Both the position numbers and the translations under genes were made by a program. 64,000 nucleotides of DNA, from assembly GCF_009834535.1 (NCBI RefSeq), contig NC_045697.1, positions 43,402,001 to 43,466,000 on the forward strand, in the 5' to 3' direction. How positions within the stretch are numbered: the first letter of the stretch is position 1; every line of letters begins with the position of its first letter. Source of the stretch: Camelus ferus. Lineage: Eukaryota. Positions 41,128 to 53,583 of this stretch are shown here, piece after piece. Below the pieces are notes generated by a model. The model was not told where the DNA came from and did not search any database. It saw nothing but the letters and a program-made list of their open reading frames with translations.

Positions 41128-43099
41128 TAGTTAGTTTCCAGTGTCCTATCTGGGCAAAAATAATATATATCAAAGAGGCAGAGATTGAGAGGGGAAGAAA
41201 TAAATGCAGGATGCTAATTGTGTGCCATTCATTTGATGTGCATCTATTCAGAACTGTACCCTCCTTGAGTCAAAGATTGAGCCTTTTCATCCACTCTAGT
41301 GGCTGGCACACAGTGGCACATTCAATAAATGCTTGTTGAATAAACAAATGAATGCCATTTCTATTTAGTTCTTCTGTTGCAAAATTTTCAGGCTCAACTT
41401 CTATAAAACAATGATTCATATAGTAAAAAAATTAATTCCTCGTTTTTTTCTTCTCTATATTTCTTGACCTTTCCTCATAGAAACACTATTTATCTCCTAA
41501 TATATCTCCAGTTTCATTCCCATTGGAAGGATCTGATGAATCTATTGCTGTAAATAGAATAAATGAAGAGGGCAAGAGTTCTGTGTCCTCACATTCATCT
41601 CCCAAGAGTATCTGCTCCATTTCTGTGGCTTCTCCGCTTTTCAGGAGCAAATGGAACAGAAAGCTAACACTATATTTAATGAGAAAATAATCAGCTATTG
41701 CCTATACAACACAACCTAGAGCCAAAAACATCCAGGGGGATCTGTTTCCAACATTTTCACAGAAATTGCATAAATACCAGAGATATTATGAAACTTAATT
41801 CAGATTCCATTTGTTTTTGACTTACCATGGAGTGGATTTGGAACAATGAGTAATTCCAGAGTTCAGTCTTACACAGAAAATTTAAATAAACAGCTTTCTA
41901 CTTATGGCCCGAGGAAAGCTTCACTGGACAGTTGTCAAGCAGGCAGGGCTGAGATACTGCACCAGGAGCTGATCCATCCGTGGTGCTTTCCCATGGATGT
42001 GGCTCTGACTGGTGTCAGGCAAGCCATGCTGTGAACTTGAACACCTTTTACCCAGCATGGTGGCAATGAGGTTATTTTAAGCCTTAGGAATAATAATGAC
42101 ATAAGTTTTTATAGTGGCTTTTAAGTCAAAAGCTGTCTAAGTGATTTTTCCCTACCCACTGGGTTAACCTTTTGTTTTCCCTTGCATTTTCAAAGCATTT
42201 CAGCATGAATCTGGGACCATAAGCGCAAGTGGCATAAGTGGCTCAGGAAGATGATGGGCTCGGGGAGGCAGGGTGAGCAGCCCACCATAAACAAACTGAG
42301 AGCAACGAGGTCTTGATGGAGCCACCTGTATCTGACACGTGGGAAGCTGCCTCCGGGGCCACTGAGGGGTAATCAGCAGTGTTCACTAAAAGAGAAGGTG
42401 GAATGCAGCAGACCTCCAGGACAAATCCATCCCAAATTGGCACCATTTAAACCCTCCGCAGGAGCGCCGCTCAGAGCTTAATCTTCACCCCCAGCATGAC
42501 GCCTCATTCTGCACCTCTCTCCCAGGCTGAGACCTCAGGGCCTGCTGCTCCCCTGAAGGAGCACCAGGAACCAGTTGATGGCTGAGTAAAGTAGCAGGGC
42601 CATTATTGTAGCGACTGGCAAAGTCCCCATGTGCTGTCATCCCTGCTGCTCCATCATTACAGTGGCTCTCAATTCACAGGACTGAAAAAGGGAGGGGAAT
42701 GGTCAGACATTAAACACAGCATCAGAGAAATTTTTTCTAGGCAGCCAACCACTTTGTCATTATGAACTGGTTTGTCTTCATAGAAATCAAGTAGTTAATC
42801 ATCCCCCAAAACCCCAAAAACAGAAAAGGGAGGCAGGTGGTTTAACATGGGCAGGCTGAGGTGTAAACCTTGCTGAAGAAGAAAGCAAATGCAGCTCACT
42901 TGAAGAATGAACTTGCTGTCCAAGCTCTGGTTATGCCAGCAGATACACAGCCAACCCAGACCTGACCCAAGGAAAGGGGGTCTGCTTCTCTTCCTCTTCT
43001 AGATGTCACTGGAGAAGATCTATACAAGTGGGGTAAATTCCCTGAAATGCTGAGTGTAGGTCAGCACCTGACTTTTTCAGCCTGTGCAATAAAGAAGCA

Positions 43100-43325
43100 A
43101 GTCACAACCTTAGAGCCAAGCCTACCTGGGGTGGGAGTCTAGCTCTGCTACTTGCTAACCTTGCTAACCACAGCCTTCTGCAAGTTACGTATGCTCTCTG
43201 AGCCTCAGTTTCCTCATCTGAAAAATATCTATAATGTTGCTGTGTATTTAAATGATTTGATTTATGGAAAAAACTAAGAAATATAACTGACATATAGTAA
43301 ATACTCAGAAACAACAGTTATTATT
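43100..43325 (+). mobile_element. MIR SINE
   Basis: Core CTCTCTGAGCCTCAGTTTCCTCATCTGAAAAA. Confidence 0.85.
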
Positions 43326-43570
43326 CAGATAATTGAATGTCAGTTTGGAGGAACAGAACAAACCAATTGTGTGGAAGATTCAGTATGGGACCAGGAGGTG
43401 CACCAGGACTCTTAGAGATTAACTACCTACATATAGAAAAAGTTTGCCACAAATTTTTTGGTTGCTTTTACTTTTAGTTCCAAACTTCCTAGTGCTTAGA
43501 AAAATAGGCACCAAGCTCATTTAGAGCTCTGAAAAAAATTAATTCTAAAATGTATTCTTAAAAAGTTTTA

Positions 43571-44176
43571 GCACTATTTACAATAGCCAAAACATGGAAA
43601 CAGCCTAAATGTCCATAAGCAGATGACTGGATAAAGCAGATGTGGTATATTTATACAATGGAATACTATTCAGCCATAAAAATGACAACATAACACCGTT
43701 TGCAGCAACATGGATGTCCCTGGAGAATGTCATTTTAAGTGGAGTAAGCCAGAAAGAGAAAGAAAAATACTATATGAGATCGCTCATACGTGGAATCTAA
43801 AAAAAAAAAAAGAACATAAATGCAAAACAGAAACAGATTCATAGACATAGAATACAAACTTACGGTTGCCAAGGAGGAGGGGGGGTGGGAAGGGATAGAC
43901 TGGGAGTTCAAAATTTGTAGATACTGACAGGCATATGTAGACTAGATAAACAAAATTATACTGTATAGCACAGGGAAATACATACAAGATCTTGTGATAG
44001 CTCATAGCAAAAAAAAGTGCAACAATGAATATATGTATGTTCATGTATAACTGAAAAATTGTGCTCTACACTGGAATTTGACACAACATTGTAAAATGAC
44101 TGTAACACAATAAAAAATGTTTTTAAAAAAATGACTATAACTCAATAAAAAACTGTTTAAAAAAAAAGAAAGGAAA
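43571..44176 (+). mobile_element. 5'-truncated L1 3' end (related, slightly older camelid subfamily)
   Basis: ORF2 tail ([15 protein letters not shown]) plus 3'UTR similar to 39180-39500. TSD AAAAAGTTTTA at 43560-43570 and 44177-44187. Confidence 0.93.
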
Positions 44177-45069
44177 AAAAAGTTTTATACATGCATTTTT
44201 TAAAATGGATGCAGTCATCTTATACACCAGAAAAACCTATACCAATCACTGAAGACACCAATTTCAATTTTCATCACTAATCAGAATATTAACTTTTTAA
44301 AATAAATGATAAAATAGTTTTTGCTGTATTGCCAGTAGTAAATTTGGTCTAATTTTTTTTTAATCCCTATCTGAATTTTATCACTTGCACAGAAACTGTT
44401 AAAGTATTTGGTACATTTAAGAAATCAAGCAAATAGTTAATGACAACGTAAGTTCCTTTATGATGCCCCAATCTAGTCTTTGGCAATTTAAATTCAAATT
44501 TGAAAATTAGCTTTAAATAGAATGCATCCAGACACTCAGATGATTGGTTTAACGATTCACTGCCTAAGTGCTCTTATTAGTCTAAACAAAGAGCAATGTG
44601 CTGGAAAATTACAGGAGCTAGAAAAAGAAACAACCTCCCACAATTTGATTATTAAAATTAAAAAACTGATTCTATATGTAAATTCAAGATGGCTGATAGC
44701 TTGTTCCTTTCATCTTCTTTGAATCAATGAAGCAACAAATATGTACTAGAGGCTTCCGGTAGCCTAGGCTCCGTGACTAAATCTTTGGAACCTCTAAAGA
44801 TCTGTCAGTTACCCAAATGGACCCCAGATGGATCCATACCTGGCTGAATAGTGGGGAAATGGAGTGCAGCCCTTTTAGGACTGTGATTAGAGTAGCCCTT
44901 ATTGAGTGAGTCTCTTATTTGAATTTCCCATCTCTCTCCTTCTCTTGTCATATTACTAAAATGATTTAACAGTGACTTGCCAATTGGAAGACAGAGTTCA
45001 ACAGACATTATATCTATAGTTTATGCAATAAATGGCCATTGTTTAGCATAAGAGAAGGAGAAGGGAAAA

Positions 45070-46300
45070 AATATCTATTGAAGGTTTACCATGTGTTACA
45101 TGTTTTGTACATTTCTCCTCATTTAATCCTCACAATAATCCTATGTGGTACATATTATTATATCCATTTTATAGGTGAGAAGATTGAGGTTAAGAAAAGC
45201 TAAGAAACTTGCCATAGGCACAACAAAGCACTTACAACGTCACTGCTTTACATGAGGTCTCTATATGTTCATACCACTTTGTCCACAATTGCCAAGCAGA
45301 CTCCATCCAGGTCTTCCCCAAACTGTTGCAAAGCATTAGGAAGCAATATGTATGTGAATAAGAGGCTGGGTTTCAGAGTCAGGCCTGCATTAAAGTCTGT
45401 GTTCTTCCACTTATTCATGTAGGATCTTGGGCAAGTTATTTAACCTCTCTAGGCTTAAGTCTCCGCATTTGTAGAAGGCAGAAACAGTTTACTTCATCAC
45501 ACTGTCATATTATTTGAGAAAAGACGTATAAAATATTTAGCCCAGAGCATGCCATATTAATATCAAAAATGTACAGAGTGGCTACTGTGTGCTAGGCATT
45601 TGTTAAGAGTTTAAGCTCTCTCAACCATTGAGTTCAGTAAATATTCATTGCAACTAATATTTCATTGTTGGAATAACCTAGCCATGTTTAAATATCTTTT
45701 AGTACTCCCCGATTTCCATAATCCTTATCTGGCTGAATTATCTTGGGCTTCAAAAAAGACTTTTATTTTTTTTTACCACACTTAAAAATAGTTTTCATTA
45801 ATGTTGTTTGCTATGACCCTAGCACAATGCAATATAGGTTTCTGTAGCATCTATATCTAAGAAACAAACTAGCTACAAAAAAAGACTTTAGAAGTGAATT
45901 GTAAGGTAATAGCTACTTGCAAGTCTGGTTCTATCAATATTATGAATTCAGGGACAGAAAGCATGTTCTTGGTCAGCCTAACAATGAAATTGAGTAAATG
46001 ACACATGGCTATTCCAATCCACAGAATAGGGCAGAAAGCTAAACTGGTCAAAAGTAAACCAGCCCTGCAGAGGTTTAATTCACATGCCACATAAACAAAA
46101 TAACAATAGATAACCAATGTTTAGCTCTTATTTTGTTCCAGACACTGTTCTAAGTGTTTTAAATTTACTAATAAATGTAATCCTCACAACTTCCTTTGGG
46201 ATAGATACTATTATTATTCTCATCTCCATTATATATAGTTAATATGACTGGAACCCAGGTGGGCTAACTCTAAAGTCCATGATTCTAGCAACTACCTCAC
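45070..46300. mobile_element. Cluster of MIR fragments (45070-45220 -, 45340-45560 +, 46110-46300 -)
   Basis: CTCATTTAATCCTCACAATAATCCTATG; CTTGGGCAAGTTATTTAACCTCTCT; TAATCCTCACAAC. Confidence 0.75.
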
Positions 46301-47758
46301 ATTCTCTGCATAGTATTAAAAGAAAATATAATATATAAATTATTTTGATAAAATAGCATCAAGTAGTAGATTTACTAGCTCATCATATAAATCCAGCTTC
46401 TTTATTCCACAAGCCCATAGCTCAATAAACCAGCTATTGCAGATGTTAGGCAATGCAAAATCTCATCTGAAAATACATTAAAATTCAGGGAACTTCCCCC
46501 ACTTCCATTCCCATCATTGCATTAATCAACAGAAAGTTCTACTCAACAGTAGACATCATCTTTCATTTGGAATGTTCAGATTGCTGTGGTTAATTTTTTA
46601 ATGCTTCAGATTTAGCTTCAATTACCAATGAAAAATTATAGATCTTGTATATTAAATATTAAAACATTCCTGTAAGATTGCATATAGTTTGTTATTTCAT
46701 TTTAAAAAATAGCTAACTTGAGCTTAGAGTGCTACCATCTCTATTTCAACTCTTTGTACCAAATCTTCCTTTTGCTAAAAACAAAATCTTTGTGGTTAGA
46801 ATTGTCCATAGAAATCTCAAGAAGTCCAACAAATCAATACTTTCAGACAATAAGTGATTCTGTAAATTAGTAATATGTCAAAAGATGTAAAGAGAGTTGT
46901 CTCAAAGGAGAACTAAGAATAGCGCCTCAGAGCTTGCTGGGGTTATTGTCTTTAAGGGGCAAAATAGCATTGACGATATGAAATCCTTAGTTAATAGCAA
47001 AGCTAAGTTAATTCACAGAAAATTGTACTATAAAGTGGCCAAAAAAAATTAAGAATCACTATGGTCAATTAGTATAACAGCCAGAATTGAGATGTCACCA
47101 GATTGGCCCATAGTAATGAATGATCCCCTGGAAGAAAGAGAAGCTACAAGTGATATAAAACTTAAGTAAACAATTTTCAGGGCCTTTCATGTAAGGATTT
47201 TAAATTTTTTGACAGCATTCAGAAGTTTCACTTTAACATTTTTTTCTATAGATTCTTGCCTAGAAGACTGGTATATCTTAAAATAAAAATCCTTTTTGAA
47301 CATTAAAAATTGCTGAAGTTCCTTGGGTTAGATCCAAGATGGCCAGCCTTAATGCCATGCTCAATTATGTATCAGACAGTTTTATTGTAAATTTCATTTA
47401 TTAATTCATATCATTCATTCATTCCACAAATGTTTGCCACTCACTATGGTCCAGTCTGTATATTTGACACTGAGGATAGAGAGGAGAATAAGAAAGACAA
47501 CTCTACAATGTCAGCCAACCCTACTTTAAAACAAAAAAAAGACATATTAAAGGAAAGCAATAATAACTTCATAATACACAAAATTTTTTTCACAGGTGTT
47601 ATTTTATCTTTAGATTCTTCCTGTGAGGAAGTTAATGCTGTATCCTTTTTACAGATGAAGAAATTGGAGGCTCAAAATCTTCATGTAAATTGCTAAGGGT
47701 AACACCGCTAATAAAGGAAGCAGAACTTAAACTTGGAAATTCAACTTCAAAATTTAGA

Positions 47759-47859
47759 GGGACTGGGCATAGCTCAGCGGCAGAGCCCATGCTTACCATG
47801 CGCTAGGTCCTGGGTTCAGTTCCCAGTATCTCCATTTAAAAACAAACAAACAAACAAAA
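47759..47859 (+). mobile_element. Camelid tRNA-derived SINE (Vic-1-like)
   Basis: A-box-like TAGCTCAGCGG, B-box-like GGTTCAGTTCC, CCAGTATCTCCA end and (AAAC)n tail. Confidence 0.85.
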
Positions 47860-49289
47860 CTCTAAGTGATCCCATTGTATATTGTTTCAGCATTCAAGGG
47901 AGAAATGGATGATGGGCTTGGAAATGGAATCTCAAATATGTAACAAATTAAGGATAATTTTTCTCATCAAATTGCTAAGGAAAAAGACAAGAGTAACTCT
48001 GAATATTGGGAAATGGGTCTAACAGCCCAAATGATAACTTCCAGCTAGTCCTTAACCTCTTGTAAAAATTAGGGCTTCCCACCACCTAAGCACGGGTAGG
48101 GGATAATTTCATTCCACTTCCAATATCTCATACTTGGAATGCCCTCCTCCAGGCCTCAATATTCTGATTTTCCATCTCTTATATTGCCACACAACATCCC
48201 ATTTCTCCCAGTCTGCCATTCCCTTCATGGCTTTACCTGCTTCCTTAGCTAGCTTTATAGCCATGACCAGTCATTTCCAAACTGCTTGAAGTACCTTAAA
48301 ATCTTTGGTCCTTGACTCCCCAAAATCAGAAACCATGGTGATGGGGCCCACATCTTTGTTCCCTAGCCTCTCTGTTCCTCATTTTATCTTCTCTCATTTC
48401 CTCATAGTGCTTTTTCCAGTTCAGCTGTTTGACAACATCTCCACATTTCTCAAGGCTCCCCTCCCAGTCCCATTGCTTAATTCAATCCCCACTACCATCT
48501 CACATCTCAAGAGCTGACCTAACCTCCCTTCAGAACATTAGAAAACAAGAATTCATAGACTATAGTCTAAGGTCAAATTCTGAAGGCAGATGATTCTCAG
48601 GTGGAGAAAGGAAGGGGGAAAAAGAAATGGCTGTAGGTTAGAGCAGGAGCCTTTGTATTCACTCTAAAACTAGAAACATATGTGGAACATACAGGTAGGT
48701 TAACAACTCAAGGAACTTTATATGGTGGGAGATAATGACAGTATCAAAAATGGGGATACCAATTGGTAGAGGATACTACAGTGCCGTGGTTTAAAGCCAA
48801 GTGAATGGGATTGTATTCTGTTCTTGGAAGGTAAGCTATGTGATTTTACATGATTTTTTTTAATGTCCAAGGAAGATGATGGGAAGGAGGGAAACCCACT
48901 GAAGACCAACAAAGGGGTCAGAAGCTTTGCAACCCAAGGGTAAAGCTATCTTTATGCTCTCCCTCTTCCCTTTTTGTTATTAGCAACTTGAAGTTTCCAT
49001 TATAATATTAAGATGCCATTTTACACAAGATATGTACATATAACCCAAAACCTATATTTGTATTTAGCTTTTTAATAAAAAGTATCATAGCTTATTTATG
49101 CATACAATGCTCATTAATAATTAAAGAGGACATGTGTTCAGTGATTTGGTCTCTTTGAAATTTATTACTGTATTTGAAATAATGCTGGACTTCTTTTCCT
49201 AATATAACTCAGAACTAAGGATTTTTGATAGCAAAGACATTTAGAGGATGTTCTACCTAGCACCACCCTATCACCTTCTGGAAAGGAGT

Positions 49290-49540
49290 CTAGTCCTGTA
49301 GAGACAGATCATGGGCTCTAATGCCAAGCTACCTAGCCTCAAATCTCAATTCTACCACATCCTTCCTAAGTTACAGGGGAGTAACTACCATCTCTGAGCT
49401 TCTGTTTTCTCTTTATAAACTTGAGGAATTAAAAACAGTACCTTCCTCATAAGATAATTAGGAATTAGTGAAGTGATACAGGTAAACAGGTAATAAGGTT
49501 TCCAGTATAGCGTAAGAACCCAATAAAATTATTATTATAT
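49290..49540 (+). mobile_element. MIR SINE
   Basis: TCAAATCTCAATTCTACCAC...TCTCTGAGCTTCTGTTTTCTC...ACCTTCCTCATAAG. Confidence 0.7.
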
Positions 49541-50021
49541 TTATCTTAGGAACTGCTTCTTTTTCTCAGCCACATGGCTGTAACAGAAACTTACATGATA
49601 CAAAGAACAACTTCCCTTGACCATAGTTGACTGATTAAGGACTAAACTCCCACCCTAATAAAATCCATGAGTTCCTTCTCATTTTTGAATTGGACTGTCT
49701 CTAAGACATTGTGCTTGCTGTTCAGGAAAATGCAAATATCTCTATTAAAATGTTAAGGAAGTTTTTAAAAATATTTACAATGTAGGATGGAAAAGATTAA
49801 ACGGTCTAGTACACTTGAACTTTTCTCTTGAAGTTCCAGTGGGATGGTAACTTAACACTCAGAACTTTATGAGCGAAAAGAAATTCTATGTGGACAATGC
49901 ACCCTACTACAGACTTGAGTTTACCTTCCCTTCCCCCAGGTTCTTCCTTTCACAAATCATTCTACAACTCCTCCTTTTTAACCTCCACCCAATCACCAGC
50001 CCTGAGAAGTGTGTTCTATGC

Positions 50022-50241
50022 CAGTGGTTTTCAATCCGGGCAGTCTTGCTCCTCAGGGGATACATGGAAATGCTTGAGACATTTCTGGTTGTCACAGCTT
50101 GGGGCGTAATGTTGCTGGCACCTAATAGGTAAGAGACCAGAGATGCTGCTAAACATCCTACAATGCACAGGACAGCATCTCTTCCCACCAAAAAATTACC
50201 TGACCTAAAATGTCAGTAATTACTGAGGTTGAGAAACCCTC
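50022..50241 (+). mobile_element. MER20 hAT-Charlie MITE
   Basis: CAGTGGTTTTCAA...GGTTGTCACA...GATGCTGCTAAACATCCTACAATGCACAGGACAGC...TGAGGTTGAGAAACCCT. Confidence 0.92.
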
Positions 50242-50577
50242 ATTTAAAGCCAAATAGAAATGAACCTTTCCTCCACTAACAAAGAGTCAATTCTACCTTT
50301 AGAATCAGTTGTTTTTTTTTTTTTTTACCATTATTATATACAAAAGTGTTCATTTCTTTCCTTGTCTTCCTGAATCCTACTAGAATCATACAGTGCTACA
50401 TTAGTCTTAAAGGTCATTTGCTACCCTGGGAATGGACTGGGATGATTACATTCACATAATTCAGAATTTAGCTGTCATGGAGCCAGGAGGAGAAGGAAGG
50501 TTGCCAGTCTCCCCATCACAAGTGTATTCCAAAAAGACACATGGGAGAGGGCTCATACTCTTAAGAAAGAATATTGG

Positions 50578-52275
50578 GAACTTGAGGAAGACGGCGGAGT
50601 AGAAGGACGCTCGCAGGTCACCCTCTCCCACAAATACACCAAGACCCACATCTACAGACCCACTCAGCCAACCAGAGCACCTGCGGAACTCCGACAGAAC
50701 ATCGCCCTCTTCAAAAGATAAAGACGCCAAAAATCTGGTAGGAGAAAAGGAAAAAAGAAAGAACAAAAGGCAAAGCAGCGCTGGACGGGTCCCGCGGGGA
50801 GGGAGCGGCAAAGGAGGACTGGCGCTCGCTCGCTGGGTCTCCCCTCTCCAACTGAGAGGCCAGCGGGACAGGAGGGGGAGCCTCCGAGGCTCGGATCTGT
50901 ACAGAGCAGCTCTTGACTAACAGAACTAAGTTAAACGGGCACAGAGCGTCCCCCCGACACCCAGCCTGAGACGCGGGCTGGTAGCGGCGGGCAGGGCCAG
51001 GCTGCACAAGCCGGGTGGAGGACGGGGGCGGCTGCACAGAGGCAGCCCCGGGGGACTGCAAGGGGCTGCAGGCTGTGACTGTGGGTGCATAGGGCAGAAC
51101 AACCTGGGCCCTCCATAAAACAGCAAGGTTGATGTGCTCTCGGGGGAAGGGTGCACACCCCCATCTCTGAAAACCCGAGGAAAGTTTTCGGGGGAAGAGA
51201 GGTGGGGCTCAGGCACAGCCGCCATATCCTCTGCGCTGAGCACCCAGGCGGGGGTGGGGCGAAACCTGCATCCACACCAAAGGGCTTAGCAGCCTCAAAG
51301 GCCAGACGGAGACTGGCCTGCAGCCTGGGGCAGATAGGATCCTTCCATCCTGGTCCCTGAGAGAACTTGCTCCACAAAGACAAACAAGGAGCTGGGTTTT
51401 GGCTCCGAGCAGGGACAGGGCTGTCCCTCGGTCTTCCCGGAGCCCACCTGCGGAGCGCCGACCAGGGCGCAGCGCCGACCAGGGCGGAGCGTGCAGCCGC
51501 ACAGAGCAGCGGAGCTACCTGCGGCGCAGGTAGAGGGAGAGCGGCCCCCCCCCCCCCGCCTTTCGGGCAGGAACACAGCCCCTGACCGAGGTGCTGGGAG
51601 GGGGCACGACCCGCCCTCCTACCTGGCCAGTCTGCAACATCTGACTGCGGCATCCGGAGGGGCAGCGACCCGCCTGCCCACAGCAGAGAGCTGCACCTGA
51701 CCCAGTGTTAGGAGGAAGCGCGATCTGCTTGCCGACAGGTGCTGGGAGCAGCACAGAAGAGGGCGCCAACGGAGGGCCTCTGAAAACAGCAAGCTGAGCT
51801 TCCAAAACAGGATGAAGACAGAAAGACTTCACATTAAAAACACACAGACTCCAGGAGAACACCGACAAACCCCCCCCCTTTTTTTTTAAATCTGTTTTTA
51901 CCTGTTCTATTTTCTATTACTCTCTTAATTTTTACTTCTTAATTCATTTCTATTTCTCTTGGGTTTTGATGTCCTGCTATTGATTAGACACAGGTTTCAA
52001 ATACATCTATTCATCTCCCCCCCCCCTTTTTTTGTAAAGGTTTTAAAAGGACGTCTCAACCCGATTAATACTCTGCTTCAACTCACTCTTCTATTATTCA
52101 TTATACACTGTTTTCAAACCCTCTTTCTCCCTTCTTTTAAAATTCTTTCTCTCTCTCTCTTATTTTTTTTTTCTTTTTTTCCTAAGTTCTATTCCTAAAT
52201 AGGCATTAGATAGATAAAATCCTTAAGGACCAAAATAAACAACTGATACTCCATAAACCACAGTGCCAAAGAGGT
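50578..52275 (+). promoter_or_regulatory. L1 5'UTR / internal Pol II promoter, CpG island
   Basis: High GC and many intact CpGs over ~50590-51790 against CpG-poor flanks, followed by a T-rich segment (51870-52200) before the ORF1 ATG. A promoter role follows from established L1 biology. Confidence 0.85.
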
Positions 52276-53179
52276 ATGAGCAAGATGAAGAAGCAGAAAA
52301 ACCTTTCCCAATTAAAAGAACAAGAGAAATCCCCTGAAAGAAATATCAACGAAATAGACATCGATAGCCTACTAGATCAAGATTTCAAAAAAGGAGTGAT
52401 CGAAGTGCTGAAGGAATTAAAAGAGATAGTGTTTAGAGATATAAAATATGTCAAAAATGAAATTGAAGCTATAAAGAAGAGCCAAGTAGAATGGTTAAAC
52501 TCATTGACAGAGATGAGGAATGATCTAATAGCTGTGCAAAGCCGACTAGATAATGCAGAGGAACGAATTAGTGATCTAGAAGACAGGGCAATAGAAAGCA
52601 CCCATTCAGAAGAACTACAAGAGAAGCAAATAAAAAATAATGAAAATAGCATAAGGGACCTATGGGATAATATAAAGCATCCCAATCTTCGCATAATAGG
52701 GGTCCCAGAAGGAGAAGAAAGATCAAAGGGGATTGAAAAGGTTTTTGAAGAAATCATGACTGAAAACTTCCCAAACTTAAAGAAGGAATCAGATATCCAA
52801 GCACAGGAAGCTCAGAGGGTCCCAAACAGGAAGAACCCAAATAGACCCACACCAAGACATACCATAATCAAGATGGCCAGAGTCAAGGATAAAGAAATGA
52901 TTCTAAAGGCAGCAAGAGAAAAGCAAAGAGTAAGTTACAAGGGAACCCCCATAAGGCTCTCAGCTGATTTCTCTACACAAACACTACAGGCCAGAAGGGA
53001 GTGGCAAGATATATTCAAAGCCCTGAATGAAAAAAAGATGCAGCCTAGGATCCTTTATCCAGCAAGGCTATCCTTGAGGATAGAAGGAGAAATAAAGAGT
53101 TTCACAGACAAAAAAAAAGCTGCAGGAGTTTAGCAACACTAAACCCATGCTAAAAGAAATATTGAAAGGGCTATTCTAA
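52276..53179 (+). pseudogene. L1 ORF1p (RNA-binding/coiled-coil), one +1 frameshift near the C-terminus
   Basis: ORF1 motifs LWDNIKHPNLRIIGVPEGEE, ENFPNL, RPTPRH, ARREW, YPARLS. An A9 run at 53110-53118 shifts the frame; removing one A restores KKLQEFSNTKPMLKEILKGLF* ending at TAA 53177-53179. Confidence 0.95.
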
Positions 53180-53583
53180 ATAGAAAAGCAGCAGGATGCT
53201 ACAGAAATGAGAAACACACAACTGGAAAGGTGATAACTCATGAATTACAAATAAAGTAAACATGAAATTATGAAAGAAGACATACAAATTACTGAGAGTA
53301 GGAGAGGGAGGCAGGGAAATATAGAATATTTTTTTCTTTCTTTTTTAAATTTTTTTAACAGTAGAATGGGTTTGAGATTATGTTACTATCAGTTTAATAA
53401 AAACAGTTATAGTAATGGGTTTATAGATTTACAAAAAAGGGTAACCACAAGCCAAAAATTTACAAAGGAGTCACAAAAATTTAATAAAATCCATGATGAT
53501 ACAAAGGAAAATTACCAAACCACAAAAGGAAGAAGAAAGGAACAAAGAGGATATACCAATTCAACTGCAAAGATAAGTTCAAA

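Noticed and set aside
47759..47835. tRNA gene
   Set aside because: Diverged tRNA-like head with an (AAAC)n tail and no proper acceptor stem or terminator; it is a SINE.
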